Below, piece by piece: positions 38,820 through 52,096 of a stretch of DNA of 64,000 nt (the first letter of the stretch is position 1; each line of letters starts with the position of its first letter). This stretch comes from Macrostomum lignano (taxonomy: Eukaryota), in NCBI GenBank assembly GCA_002269645.1, contig NIVC01000238.1:62001-126000 (forward strand), read 5' to 3'. Made by a program: the position numbers and the translations under genes. The notes below the pieces were generated by a model, which did not search any database, was not told where the DNA came from, and saw nothing but the letters and a program-made list of their open reading frames with translations.

Positions 38820-40317
38820 TCTTACTGTGCATGATCTCATTTTCAAGTCGGACGCCAATTATCTCAGCCCTAGTGCAAAATTTGCCGATAACAATGGAAC
38901 TCATTTCTGAGTAGCAGCACACAGAATCATCTATTGATGGAGCTGGCTGAGAGTTAGGTTGTTCTGCGACTTCGGTGCTCCTGACTGCAGCTGCTGCAAG
39001 TCCCCACTCATTATTGGCGGCACTTCACTGAAGCAGGGCACCTCACACAACTCAGGATGTCTGTCGCATGTCTATACAAAGTTGTTAATTTTGTTCAGCT
39101 GCCGTCGTAACGATGTGTAAAAAAATCCAGTATGAAAAGATATTGACTCTTCTAGATTTTCAGCATGATTTTTTTTATTTCATGCCTACAATTTCTCTTG
39201 CATGTACTTTTAGTTGAGGCTAATCCCGAAAATAACTGCGGACAGCGATGACATCCTGCATGCATGCTAATGTACCTGCTGTGAGCTGTGCAACTGCAAG
39301 TTGTTCTGTGGTGAAGTGGAATCCTCCAAAACCGTTGCTGCTCAACTGAGATGCAAATCATTGGACGTGTCAGCCAACCTATGTCTGAAGGTTCATTCAC
39401 ACAGACACCCTTAATCAAGTCATCGAATCTCACAACTAATTAACAAAGCAGGTGTTGAGTTTTTGCATTGCCTGGGACTATTCGAACAGACGTTATCTAA
39501 TTCGAAGTTTCTATAAAACTTCTAGCAAGTTTAAAGCTTTTTCATCAAGTTGAAGAAAAATTTCTTACAAAACAGCTCCACATTGTAAGGCCAGCTTCTC
39601 TTTGGTCTAAGAAAGTTCAAAAACTACAAGTCAGAGCAGCTCACTGGTAAACGAGTGTAGCTCTCGCGCAACGAAGCCGCCACGAACCCTGATTTGATTC
39701 AGTTCGAGGCGGGTCTACGACATTGTGCGATGCAGTCGAGGACTACATGTCTAGACTGTACATGTCTGACGATTAGAAGGTCAGAGCCGCTGCACACCTG
39801 TGAGAGCATGTGTACAGTATTGGCGCCTGCCCAATTTAATTGTGGGATGACAATCCTCCTGCAATTATTATTTTAGAAACTCGCAGAGCAGCGCTCAAGA
39901 ATCATCGGTAAATAAAGCTCCTGAGCCATGAGCTAGGACAGCCGTCTGGGATTGGCTGCGAACCCGACACTGCTCAAACTTTCTTCCACATCTATTTGAT
40001 ATAGTCTCTAGCAAGCCTCTTCTCAGAAGCGAGCAAGCAAGAAACAATTAGCAGCAAACGAAATCTGCTTCCCTCCTGCAAGTGTAAACTCTATACGTCG
40101 TATGAGTAATTGATTTGGGATTTCAGCAGTCAAAAGCCAGGTAAAATAGTTATCTCTTAAGTCTTTGTTCACGAAGAATCGCAACAAATTGAAGACTGAC
40201 AATCAACCTATCAACTGCAAGCACGACTGAAAAAGTTTTGTCTTCACAATTACTTGCCCTATTCGGTAAGTAACTGCCACCTGAACTTAAAAACCGTTTT
40301 TCACAGTTATTCAGTGC

Positions 40318-41692
40318 ATGCTGTTTATTATTTACATAGTTTGCTGCTCTCTCGTGCTTCGAGTACAAGGCACCACCAGTGTGCGGACCTATTCTGTGTG
40401 CTCAGAGCAGCAGCTTCACATGCTCAAAGCCGTTCTGAACGACTACAACAACGTCACGACAACAACCAAGGCCACTACTGTAATCGACTGTCTAGCAAAG
40501 TGCCACAGGGTGAGCTGCAGCGCTGCCGTCTCGGTGGAGAGCAATGCCACGTGCGAGATGGTCACCATAGCAACCGCCAAGCTGTCAATCTCAGCAAATC
40601 AGGTGCAGCGAGTCATCGGATCTCAGGTCGGTGCGAAGGTGTGGAAGGCGGACGACAGCGACTGGCCTTCGCCTGCAGTGCAGCTTCGGAGTGAGTCATC
40701 AATGCATTGTTGTGGATGGCTACATGATGTCGGCAGAGACCGAAATTGCATTCAATCCAATTTTATAACTCGCTGACGCTGTTCCATTGCAGACAGCAGC
40801 ACAGGCCGCAACGGCTCAATCCAAAGCGTCCTCATCAACACGACCGGCTGCTACCTGATCAAAGCTGCCGGCGCCAGAGGTGGCGACAACTTACTGACGA
40901 ACACATCCGGAGGCCAGGGAGCCCAGGTGAGCGCCAGAGTCAAACTGACGGCCGGCACCCAGCTGAGCATCGTTGTGGGCCAGATGGGCGGCTCGACGTC
41001 GTTGGATTACGAAGGAGGCGGCGGAGGCGGCGGCAGCTTCGTGTACCGGACGGTCGACCAGCTGCTGCTGCTGGCTGCCGGCGGAGGCGGCGGAGCTTCC
41101 TGGAATAGAAATGGTTAGGTCAAATAACAACAGTTTCTTAAATGGTAAATTAAAAGAATCCACGACCGTTTCAATCAGCAGTTTGATTGATGTCAATGTA
41201 GGACAACAAGGAGAGGCCGGCAGAAACGGTTCCGACAGCAAGGGCGCCAAAAGCGCACACGCGGGATTCGGCGGCACCAACGGTCAGCCGGGCTCCAACA
41301 GCCCCGCTAACACCCCAAGCAAAAGCAACCACGGCGGCTGCGGCGCCGGCTGGCTCGGCAGGGCCGTCAGCCCCAGACGGAGCTCCTCGGACGGAGAGAG
41401 AGGAGGCAGTCTGGCCGACGGCTTGGTCGGCGGCAGCGCCGGAGACGGCAGCGTCTGCCATGGAGGCTTCGGCGGAGGCGGTGGAGGCGGCAGCAGGACC
41501 AGCTCACTGAAAGGCGCCCCTGGAGCTGGCGGAGGCTTCAGCGGTGGCGGAGCCGGACTGAGCTTCGGCCACATCGGCGGCGGCGGTGGCTCCTTCTGCA
41601 GGGGCGGCTGCGTGTTCGGCGGCACCTGGACCGTCGACCAGGGCTTCGTGTCCGTGCTTCTGGAGTCGGCCGCCTGCGACTCGCGCACCTGA
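40318..41692 (+). CDS. Locus E: secreted PAN-like + ALK/LTK-type glycine-rich domain protein, ~394 aa, no TM or kinase
   Basis: Exons 40318-40690, 40793-41113, 41202-41692, joined by two phase-1 GT-AG introns that keep the frame. Signal MLFIIYIVCCSLVLRVQG; PAN-like DCLAKCHRVSCSAAVSVESNATCEM. GRD motifs TGCYLIKAAGARGG, LSIVVGQMG, GGGGGGGSFVY, LLLAAGGGGG, GCGAGW, GGFGGGGGG, GGGFSGG, GGGGSF. Confidence 0.82.
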
Positions 41693-42842
41693 TGCCACTG
41701 CAACCGCTTGTTGAAGTGGGGATTGGCCAGTAATACTTTAACTCTGACGGTCACTGTTTAGGATATTCACAACCCTTAATCTGACTTTTTCACTCTTCTA
41801 TATGTAATCAATATATAACATTATGCTGTTGAACCAATCAATCAGTTTCAATACCTCAATTCGCAGAACTTTGAATTCAAACATATTCGCAAAATACTAC
41901 TGCTTGGGATGAGAACATTGTGACTAGTGCTGCACTTCACAGTTGAGTTACATGTAAATTTAACTACTCACCAACTTCTCATCACTAGTAGCGTATGCGC
42001 ATTTTAAAGTGCATAGCTTGAAACCCAAGCGATTTCAAGGCGAATCGTTGTGACTTTCACTCAAGATTTGTTAGATTTCTAATCAGCTTCGCTTTCATGC
42101 TTAGAAACCATTTTGCTGTTTTCTTCCTGAAATCACGTCAAACTGAACTGTTATTTAACTGATTCTTGAATCTTTAACTGCTTCTGACTTTGCACTCAGA
42201 CAACTCAAAAGGTTTTCAATTCCGGCTAATTACGAACTAATAAATACTGAAAGCACTCGGACGTCCCATGCAAGCCGCTCGTCTTTTTTTCCTACCAGAG
42301 GATTTCTGGAGGTTTTTTTGGACGAGCGGAATACATTTGTGTGCTCAGCTGTCTTTCAGTGCCTGCTTTTGGCTTCTTAACGGAAAGCTCTATAAGTATC
42401 AATCTTCTCTCACTATAAAAATAAAAACTGTGTGTACAATCTTGCTCGCTAGGTTAGAGGAATTCTAACCCAGGCAGCAAACTCTGCAGCAGTTAACCAG
42501 TGGATGGCAAATCAAGGCAATGCAGCATGGTTTTGTAAAAGTAAAAAATTTATAAAAAAGCGATTACAATACAAACCTACATGTTTTTGACGCCATGGAA
42601 ATTTTAACACAAAGTCTCACTTAAAGATACTTTAAAATTTAAATGCCTTCAAAGAAATGTGCATTTCCTTGATTGTAAGACTGCTGCAGACTGCAGTGGA
42701 GCTGGTGATACACAAATTCCTTTCAGGGCTGCAAATTGGCCAGAAAGATGACGTGATCGAAGCAGTCAGCAAGAGGCTAACGGAATGAAGCAACCATGAG
42801 AGTAATCCGTTCCAAAAACTGGCTTTCGAAGCAGGGGTCGGC

Positions 42843-42980
42843 GAAAGAGAAAAGAGAAATGAGAGAGGAAAGAGAAGAGAGAGATGAGAAGAGATAAGAA
42901 AGCAAAGATAAAAGAGAAGAAAGGAGAGATGAGATGAGAGGATAGAGAAGTTTCAAAGGACTAAAGGGATGTAGAGAGAG
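42843..42980. repeat. Purine-rich (GA) low-complexity tract
   Basis: Directly visible. Confidence 0.8.
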
Positions 42981-43806
42981 TCAGGGGCCAGAGACCGGGT
43001 TTGCCAATGCCTGCTTTAGACAGACGTTGCCTGACATTCTGCGCTGTACCCCAGCCGACGAGATCAATGCTTCACTCAAATCTTCATGCAACACGAATTT
43101 ACTCCATTTTATGTCTACCTCTATCCTAAGTATTAGCGAGTTTTTTAGGTATGACTTCAGATTTAAGAATGTAGGTCGAAATAGTTCCGGGGATTGGAAT
43201 TCAGCGGGTTCAGAATCCGCGGGTTTCAACAGCTTGTAGAGCCATAAGAAATGCAGGACATCTCAAAAGATGAAAACTGGGTATGCCTCCTATCAAAAGC
43301 AATTTAACTTTTTGTGCTGAAACAGTGAAACCTCCTATAAATAAAAGCAAAACAATACGCATTGATCTAATCTAGCCATGACTGTGACAAAATATTGGCA
43401 TGATACTTCCTGAGTTGCATTTTCGCATAATGTATATCGATGCCACTTTCCTGACTAGATTCAAGTTTTAGCCGGTCATGTTGCTAAATGGCAGTTGTCA
43501 GATAAGTGTAGTGTTTGGGAGGCTATATGGCAGGATAGGACACAACGGTCGCAGTTCAGACACACAGGTGGACCAGCTGCAACCGTTTTGCGCCGGCTAC
43601 CATTGGCTCTAAGAATTTTGAGGCAATGCAATGTTCAGATTGGCATCTCAGAGGCTAAGAAGATGATTGGCTCAGAAACGTATTATGAGTGTATAATTCT
43701 TGTAGCACGGACACGAAACTACACCAAACCAACACCTCTGAACTGTAAAAAGCAAGTCTAAGTAGTAATAAAAACTATTTTCTTAGGAGAGCAAACCATA
43801 TTAGCC

Positions 43807-44378
43807 ATGTTCACACTCCTAGAAGTTCCATGCTGCCTGTTCAGCCTGCTGTCTGTCGCGTCCGGTGTCTGCGTCCACTTCCGCGTCATCTCCGGTGTCC
43901 CGGAAACGTGACCGACCTGTCGCAGGTCAGCGGAGTTCGAGACCCTCGCAGCTGCTCGGTGGAGTGCGCAGTGCGACCCAACTGCACCGCCGTGTTCAAG
44001 CGAGACGGCACTTGCTATCTGGCCACTGCCGCTCAGTATGAGGCGCTGTGGAGACCGCTGGACTGCGTCAGCGAGGTCAGTTGGCTCTCTGTCATTTCGT
44101 TCTGTCTTGTTTTTATATTGCCTATTGTGAATTGCATTGAGCCAGCCTCAACCACTGCTCCAGCCTTAACTACTGCTCACGCCTCAAGCACCGCCACTGC
44201 TTCCCAAACAGCGCCCTCAAGTATTTCCTGTTCCAATCGAAAGTCGAGATGCAGCAAACTCAATTCGGTTGCGAGAGACTGCGACAGCAACAATCACTAT
44301 TTGTACTGCTACTTATGGTTCTACATCCGATGGAATTGCGCTAGTGGCACGAGTCGCGATGCTGGCACTTGCCCCTAG
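43807..44378 (+). pseudogene. Locus F: PAN + short linker + 6-Cys cap gene with a 1-bp frameshift (pseudogene or assembly indel)
   Basis: ATG 43807 (MFTLLEVPCCLFSLLSVASG). tccggt(t)gtccc lacks one base (~43896), giving TGA at 43909. Exon 1 donor gag|gtcagt at 44075. Downstream CSNRKSRCSKLNSVARDCDSNNHYLYCYLWFYIRWNCASGTSRDAGTCP* ends at 44378. Confidence 0.7.
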
Positions 44379-44415
44379 TTTGTGGCAGGGTGTCTCACAT
44401 GAAAATTTAACTGCT

Positions 44416-45810
44416 GCAGCCTCAAGCACCGCCACTGCTCCAGCCTCAAGCACCGCCACTGCTCCAGCCTCAAGCACCGCCACTGCTCCAGCCTCAAACA
44501 CCGCCACTGCTCCAGCCTCAAGCACCGCCACTGCTCAAGCCTCAAGCACCGCCACTGCTCCAGCCTCAAACACCGCCACTGCTCCAGCCTCAAGCACCGC
44601 CACTGGTCTCGCCTCAAGCACCGCCACTGCTCACGCCTCAAGCACCGCCACTGCTCCAGCCTCAAGCACCGCCACTGCTCCAGCCTCACACCGCCACTGC
44701 TCCAGCCTCAAGCACCGCCACTGCTCCAGCCTCAAGCACCGCCACTGGTCTCGCCTCAAGCACCGCCACTGCTCACGCCTCAAGCACCGCCACTGCTCCA
44801 GCCTCAAGCACCGCCACTGCTCCAGCCTCACACCGCCACTGCTCCAGCCTCAAGCACCGCCACTGCTCCAGCCTCAAGCACCGCCACTGCTCCAGCCTCA
44901 AGCACCGCCACTGCTCCAGCCTCAAGCACCGCCACTGCTCACGCCTCAAGCACCGCCACTGCTCAAGCCTCAAGCACCGCCACTGCTCCAGCCTCAAGCA
45001 CCGCCACTGCTCCAGCCTCAAGCACCGCCACTGCTCCAGCCTCAAGCACCGCCACTGGTCTCGCCTCAAGCACCGCCACTGCTCACGCCTCAAGCACCGC
45101 CACTGCTCAAGCCTCAAGCACCGCCACTGCTCCAGCCTCAAGCACCGCCACTGGTCTCGCCTCAAGCACCGCCACTGCTCACGCCTCAAGCACCGCCACT
45201 GCTCCAGCCTCAAGCACCGCCACTGCTCCAGCCTCACACCGCCACTGCTCCAGCCTCAAGCACCGCCACTGCTCCAGCCTCAAGCACCGCCACTGGTCTC
45301 GCCTCAAGCACCGCCACTGCTCACGCCTCAAGCACCGCCACTGCTCCAGCCTCAAGCACCGCCACTGCTCCAGCCTCACACCGCCACTGCTCCAGCCTCA
45401 AGCACCGCCACTGCTCCAGCCTCAAGCACCGCCACTGCTCCAGCCTCAAGCACCGCCACTGCTCCAGCCTCAAGCACCGCCACTGCTCACGCCTCAAGCA
45501 CCGCCACTGCTCAAGCCTCAAGCACCGCCACTGCTCCAGCCTCAAGCACCGCCACTGCTCCAGCCTCAAGCACCGCCACTGCTCCAGCCTCAAGCACCGC
45601 CACTGGTCTCGCCTCAAGCACCGCCACTGCTCACGCCTCAAGCACCGCCACTGCTCAAGCCTCAAGCACCGCCACTGCTCCAGCCTCAAACACCGCCACT
45701 GCTCCAGCCTCAAGCACCGCCACTGGTCTCGCCTCAAGCACCGCCACTGCTCACGCCTCAAGCACCGCCACTGCTCCAGCCTCAAGCACCGCCACTGCTC
45801 CAGCCTCAAG
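44416..45810 (+). repeat. 24-bp mucin-type minisatellite (gcctcaagcaccgccactgctcca)n downstream of the locus F stop
   Basis: ASSTATAP-type units; 22-bp variant units at 44683, 44825, 45231, 45373 (548-bp higher-order duplication). Confidence 0.95.
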
Positions 45811-47631
45811 CGGGACGGGAAACTACAAAATTTGGAAGCCGATTTATAAATGACTCAGTCCTCGAAAAACATTACTTGGATAGTTTACAGCACAGTCACA
45901 AAAGTATCCAAGTAATGTTTTTTGAGAATCAAGTTATAAATATGTCGGGCTTCAACTTTCGTCGTCTCCCATCCCTAGTATTGAATAGTCCCGGCATGTG
46001 ACCGCTGGACAGCTTTAATTAAGATCGTTGCGTTGCCCTAAGAACTTCTGCTACTCTTTGAATGCAAACAGCTGGCTAAAAACTAATCCAAATAAAGTTT
46101 AGACTGTTTTGGAATAGTTAGAATTCCTTTCAACAACTATTTATTTCGTGAAACTTCATATTAATTACAAAATAAACAAATGAATTCTTAGTTTGACTGT
46201 TAAATATTTTTACTCGGTGATATAATGGCAGTCTTTTAAAATATTTTTGCCCTTATTTTTTTAATCTATTTTCGAAAGTCAAACTAAGAGTCCTGTCTTC
46301 ATAGAGCAAATAATCATTGCATTGCTAATTAGCTTGCTAGATATGAATAAGAGAAGACAAAAATGTTTACCGTAGGTGGCTTCTTATCTTCTTATCTTCC
46401 TATCTTATCTTCTAGATTTAGCCGTTTCTTGGACATTTTGAATGATAATATTTTTCACTCAAAGAAACAATACGACCGTATTTTGATAATACAGTACGAA
46501 TATTGTGTGAATTTACTGAAATTCAAATGAATTTTCTTTGGTTGATTCAATTTCTCTATATAAGGAAAAATCCAGACTTCGTATAAAAAGCGCATATATT
46601 TAATATACTATTTTTAACCTTGAAGGTAAAGTCATGATGCAGAGTAAATAGCGAGATCGGCGATAAACGCTTCTCTTTTTAATCACATTAATTTGAGGCT
46701 TGGCGTCCACGAAAAACTGGCCTGTGGGTGGTTTAAACAATTAGAATGTCATGTACACCCATTGTGAGCAAGTGCATGGATGTGTGCCTGCATACAGTAT
46801 TGGTGCCTTTTAAGTTGCGTTACCCCAAATTCCTCTGACGGCTCGGGAGTCAGAGGAATGCACAGAATTGCCATCGCCAGGATGCCCATGTACAGACTCC
46901 TGCGAGTATGGTCAAAGTAAAATTCTACTTCAATATGAAAATGAAATGTCCATAACGGATACTTTCTATGCATTTAGCTGCTCATAATATGAATAAAAAG
47001 GGCTCAATAATGCCTGCATTAAACTAACTTGTGTAGCATACTACTTCGAGTAATATATCTACTACATGTACGCTCACCCGCGGTATTCTTAGTGAGTACA
47101 TTACTTTTTCCAGTTCCACTGCCGACTGCTTGCACTAATAAAACCAGAATAAAACTGCAGCTAACATCTCTCGTTATAAAGCAAATTGACAAGTCTGTCA
47201 AAAAAATAGCGTTTTAAAAGCTTGCGTGCAAAATACGGGGACTTTAAGTGGCTCTCTCAGGAAGAGGCAGTCAAGTAACAACCATCAGTAGCATACTTCT
47301 TGTATCTAGAAAGGAAACTCTAAGATATCGAAAAAAATTTGACAACAATTTTTAACAGCAGCAGCTTATTCCTTCGGCTGTTTACCAAAGAGGCAACTGT
47401 AACTAATGTACATAACACTAGAACCTCCCAGGAGCAGATGTATTGACTTTTTATACAGGAATGGCACTAGAGTGTAAACACTTGTCTACTTAAGCATCTG
47501 CCAATCTTTAAAAATACCTCTTAACGCCTTGAGTATTGTATCATCCTCTCAAGCACAGTGGCATGTGCATAAAATGCGTGGTTAGACTCTGAAAGCGTCT
47601 TTTCAAAAAGCAGAGTAAAAATTTAAACACC

Positions 47632-48364
47632 ATGAAGCCACCTAAAATGGTCATCTGCTTACTCAGCCTGCTGTCCGTCGCGTCCGGAGTCTGCGTCCGC
47701 TTCCGCGTCGTCCCCGGTTGCCCCAAGAACGTGAGCGACCTGTCGCAGGTCAACGGAGTTCGAGACCCTCGTGTCTGCTCTGTGGAGTGCGCAGTGCGAC
47801 CCAACTGCACCGCCGTGTTCAAGCGAGACGGCACTTGCTATCTGGCCACTGCCGCTCAGTATGAGGCGCTGTGGAGACCCCTGGACTGCGTCAGCGAGGT
47901 CAGTCGGTATCTGTTGTCCTGTATCTGAAACAGGTCGTACTTTTGTGCGGTTTACCTTAGCAAATGTGACTGAATGTTTTAGGTCGTTGACGATCGGCTT
48001 TCCAATTCTGCTGAGGCAACAAGTTTTAAGACTGAGCTTGCCACCACAAGAGCCACAACTACTGCCACCGCTGCAGCCTCCACTGCTGCTCCAGCCTTAA
48101 CTGCTACTGCAGCCCAACTGCTGCAGCCTCAACCACTACTCCAGCCTCTACCACTGCCACTGCTTCTAAAATCATCAAGGTATGCTGCGGAATTAATTTT
48201 CAATGTTTGTGAAAATCTTTTTTTGAAAATAGGCTTTTTAGCTAAACGCATTTGGCATATACTTTTAACTACAGATGTTTTACGACCAAATCGACGATGT
48301 GACATTGCCGTCTGTGTCGGAAAAGCGGTTTTCTAATAATCGAAACCCTGGAAAAAGAAAATAA
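47632..48364 (+). CDS. Locus G: secreted PAN + Thr/Ala linker, possible third exon; apparent 1-bp deletion in exon 2
   Basis: Exon 1 47632-47898 (MKPPKMVICLLSLLSVASG...CVSE|gtcagt). Exon 2 47983-48179 (ttttag|VVDDRLSN...; donor aag|gtatgc). Indel near 48113. Putative exon 3 48275-48364 (low confidence). Confidence 0.6.
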
Positions 48365-49984
48365 CACTTCTTATGCAGCATGATCGATTTAAGCAGGAAG
48401 TTTAGATAGACAAAGTTTATTTGACATTTTGTATCAAAACTACTGCCATAAAAGTTTGCAACTGTTGCTGCGCAATCACTTTCTAAGCCCAGCGTACATA
48501 TTTGTCAATAGTTAAGCAGAGTGCTGTATCGGTTTTTACCTAAGAACTCCGGCCATCTGTGAAAAGTATACGAGCTAAAGCAGCATGAGTGCTTGCTGAA
48601 ACGTTTGTTTACGTTAAAAAGCCATTGTAATTTAGAGAAATATTAATAAGCTAGTTTATTTATTCAATCAAAAAGACATTTCTGAATTAAATCCAAAGGG
48701 GTCCAGCACTGAGCCCAGCACTATATTATCTGCCAATGCCCGGCCTTTACCAAAGATCGTCCTCTGATGAGGTCTGTGTACCCGAGAACTGCACTGAAGA
48801 CCAAACCGAAGGAAGGCTCACCAAACCTCCCTGACTGGCTACACGCCTTTGTTGCAAGCTGGTTTTTCATGGATTATTAAAATGTGGCGCTCCCGTCTCC
48901 CCGTTGTTTTCTCTTCTGGTCACCCTGAAGCAAATTCAAGTAAGTCTTAATGAATAGGAAGAGAATGAACTGCATAGGTGTAGCTTAGGTCATTTTTTCA
49001 TAAATACATTGTTTACCGAACGATATGAGCTCTCTTCGTGCACTCTACGTTTTCTTGGTTGCTTTCTGGCTGCCCAAGCATTGGGGCTGTCTTTGTCTCA
49101 GCACCCATTGATGCCATCTTTTCGTGCTTTTCTTACCGCCGATATTCAGTGTATTTGACGATACCGAATCATATTAATTTATAGGTCTCTTTCAAAAGCG
49201 CTTCAAGCAGTTCAAGGAGCTTACTTCTCAATTATAAAGAATTTTATTACGATCGACAAGCGTTTTGAGGATGTTCTACTTAAAGAAACTTGTAACTCCA
49301 AAGAAAATACTTGGTACATGTACCACGAACAAAGCACTTAGGTAGATTATCGTAAGCACTTCTCGGAGCTACATTTAGATTAGGTCGAAGCGAAGGATCT
49401 TCCTCTAAGGATTATATTTTGTATAGACTTATTCTGTTGTTGCAGAATTTGTCTAGTGCATTCTGGGCTGCTGTCTAGGTAGGGTAGGGTAGAATAATCT
49501 AAGCATAATGCATTTATGATGGTAATGACGATTTGTTATGCAAACTTATTGAGCGGTTTTTTAAATACATTTCAAACTTTTATCATGCTATAGGAAACCG
49601 ATAATGGTTTCCGTACGCTTGTACTTGAAGCTTCCATCGGATATAGTATAGGCTAACTTGCAGCAAAACAGTACTTATCTGATACTATTAGAGAAATTGT
49701 ACAACGCAATTCTGTCAAAGAATGCAGAAACGATGCAACTAAACGCTTTTAAAGTGGCTCCTCTCTGACAGCAAATGAGTGATACCCTACTTTGCTATCC
49801 AGCAATGAAAAACCTAATGAACCAGTGGGTCTACAAACTTCTTGACGAAGTTTTTTCCTAAAAATACGAGCTTAAGATGCAAATTCTGTCAGAGTCAGAA
49901 CTGCTGGCCTGCTGCCTGCTTTGGCTGAGTTCCAACTTCATGCTACTTCGATTTTCACAACAATTACTCTGGCTGACACCATTC

Positions 49985-51480
49985 TAACCGACACCTCTCT
50001 GACTGACAAATCTCCGACTGACATAATTCAAACAGACACAACTTGGGCTGACACATCTCACACATCTCCGACTGATAAATCTCCGCCTGACACATCTCCG
50101 CCTGACACATCTCCGCCTGACACATCTCCGACTGACAAATATCCGACTGACACATCTCCGACTGACATATCTCCGCCTGACACATCTCCGACTGACACAT
50201 CTCCGCCTGACACATCTCCGCCTGACACATCTCCGACTGACAAATCTCCGACTGACACATCTCCGACTGACACATCTCCGACTGACACATCTCCGACTGA
50301 CACATCTCCGACTGACACATCTCCGACTGACACATCTCCGACTGACAAATCTCCGACTGACACATCTCCGACTGACAAATCTCCGACTGACACATCTCCG
50401 ACTGACACATCTCCGACTGACACATCTCCGACTGACACATCTCCGACTGACACATCTCCGACTGACACATCTCTGACTGATAAATCTCTGACTGATAAAA
50501 TCTCCGCCTGACACATCTCCGACTGACACATCTCCGACTGACACATCTCCGACTGACACATCTCCGACTGACACATCTCCGACTGACACATCTCCGACTG
50601 ACACATCTCCGACTGATAAATCTCTGACAGATAAAATCTCCGCCTGACACATCTTCGACTGACACATCTCCAAATGGTAAATCTCCGACTGACACATCTC
50701 CGACTGACACATCTCCGACTGACACATCTTCGATTAATAGATCTCCGACTGATAAATCTCCGCCTGACATATCTCCCACTGACGCATCTCCGACTGACAC
50801 ATCTCCGACTGACAAATCTCCGACTGACACATCTCCGACTGACGCATCTCTGACTGATAAATCTCCGCCTGACACATCTCCGACTGACACATCTCCGAAT
50901 GGTAAATCTCCGACTGACACAACTCCGACTGACACATCTCCGACTGATACATCTCCGACTGACACATCTCCGCCTGACGCATCTCCGACTGACGCATCTC
51001 CTACTGACACATCTCCGACTGACACATCTCCGACTGATAAATCTCTGACTGATAAAATCTCCGACTGACACATCTTCGACTGACGCATCTCCTACTGACG
51101 CATCTCCGACTGACACATCTCCGACTGACACATCTCCGACTGACGCATCTCCGACTGACACATCTCCGACTGACACATCTCCGACTGACACATCTCTGAC
51201 TGACACATCTCCGACTGACAAATCTCCGACTGACACATCTCTGACTGACACATCTCTGACTGACACATCTCTGACTGACACATCTCCGACTGACACATCT
51301 CCGACTGACACATCTCCGACTGACACATCTCCGACTGACACATCTCCGACTGACACATCTCCGACTGACACATCTCCGACTGACACATATCCGACTGACA
51401 CATCTCCGACTGACACATCTCCGACTGATACAACCCTGACTGACATGAACTCCAGGTAACAAAAATTCGACTGACACAAG
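49985..51480. repeat. 15-bp minisatellite (ctccgactgacacat)n, ~1.5 kb
   Basis: Directly visible, with variant units and occasional indels. Confidence 0.96.
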
Positions 51481-52096
51481 TTTGTGTGTTTGAGTTTTTA
51501 TGACCTAGTTCGTTATGAACTAAATTGTGTAAATCAAATAATTATTAATTAAATGAATATTAAAAATAACAAATACTTGGTTAACAAACACGTTAATCAG
51601 TGGTAATAATCAAAAAAGTGTCCACAATCCTATTTGTTAGGTAGGCTACAGAATTCTACTTAATAATAATTTTGAGCTTAACAAAATTTAATAATCTGTC
51701 TAATTACCAGACAGCTAAAAATTTTTATGTAGCGCTACTTTTTCAAATGTAAATTGAATTTTCTGTTACTTTCTTCGTTTGCATTCGAGAAATTCATGCT
51801 ATATATAGAATATATTGTACTTAGTGTGACATATAGGGTAAATAAAAACTAGGCTATTAAGCTCACTTCAGACAAACAAAAATATTCTCATTCAAGTTTA
51901 AGGATCTAGCCTTATCTAGCCTACGTCCTTAATGGCAGTCAGCTGAATTTCTTATTCAAACATCTTCAGCCATTGGATATTGCCAATGCTATCCTATTCC
52001 TATAAATTTGCTATCAAATGCTCGAGCCTAGGGTAAATTTCAGTTGAAAGCATTAGGCATTCAATTAGGAAAATGTTTTTTAACAATAAAAATAAA

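Noticed and set aside
39070-39180. Minus-strand peptide SISFHTGFFYTSLRRQ reminiscent of a Ulp1-protease motif
   Set aside because: Short match flanked by stops, no catalytic H/D/C motifs found; at most a TE relic.
44269-45849. 526-aa ORF mixing ASSTATAP / HCSSLKHR / PQAPPLLQ repeats
   Set aside because: Non-ATG start inside the locus F cap, with frames switching at repeat indels; not supportable as a standalone gene.
48764-48810. Hammerhead-like CTGATGA-ggtct...agacc-AAAC
   Set aside because: Core lacks the G of GAAA, and no stem I/III or cleavage triplet could be formed.
49921-51479. Multiple ORFs (DTSPT)n, (VSVGD)n, (CQSEM)n
   Set aside because: Translations of a 15-bp minisatellite with frame-breaking indels, no signal peptide and no convincing splice link.
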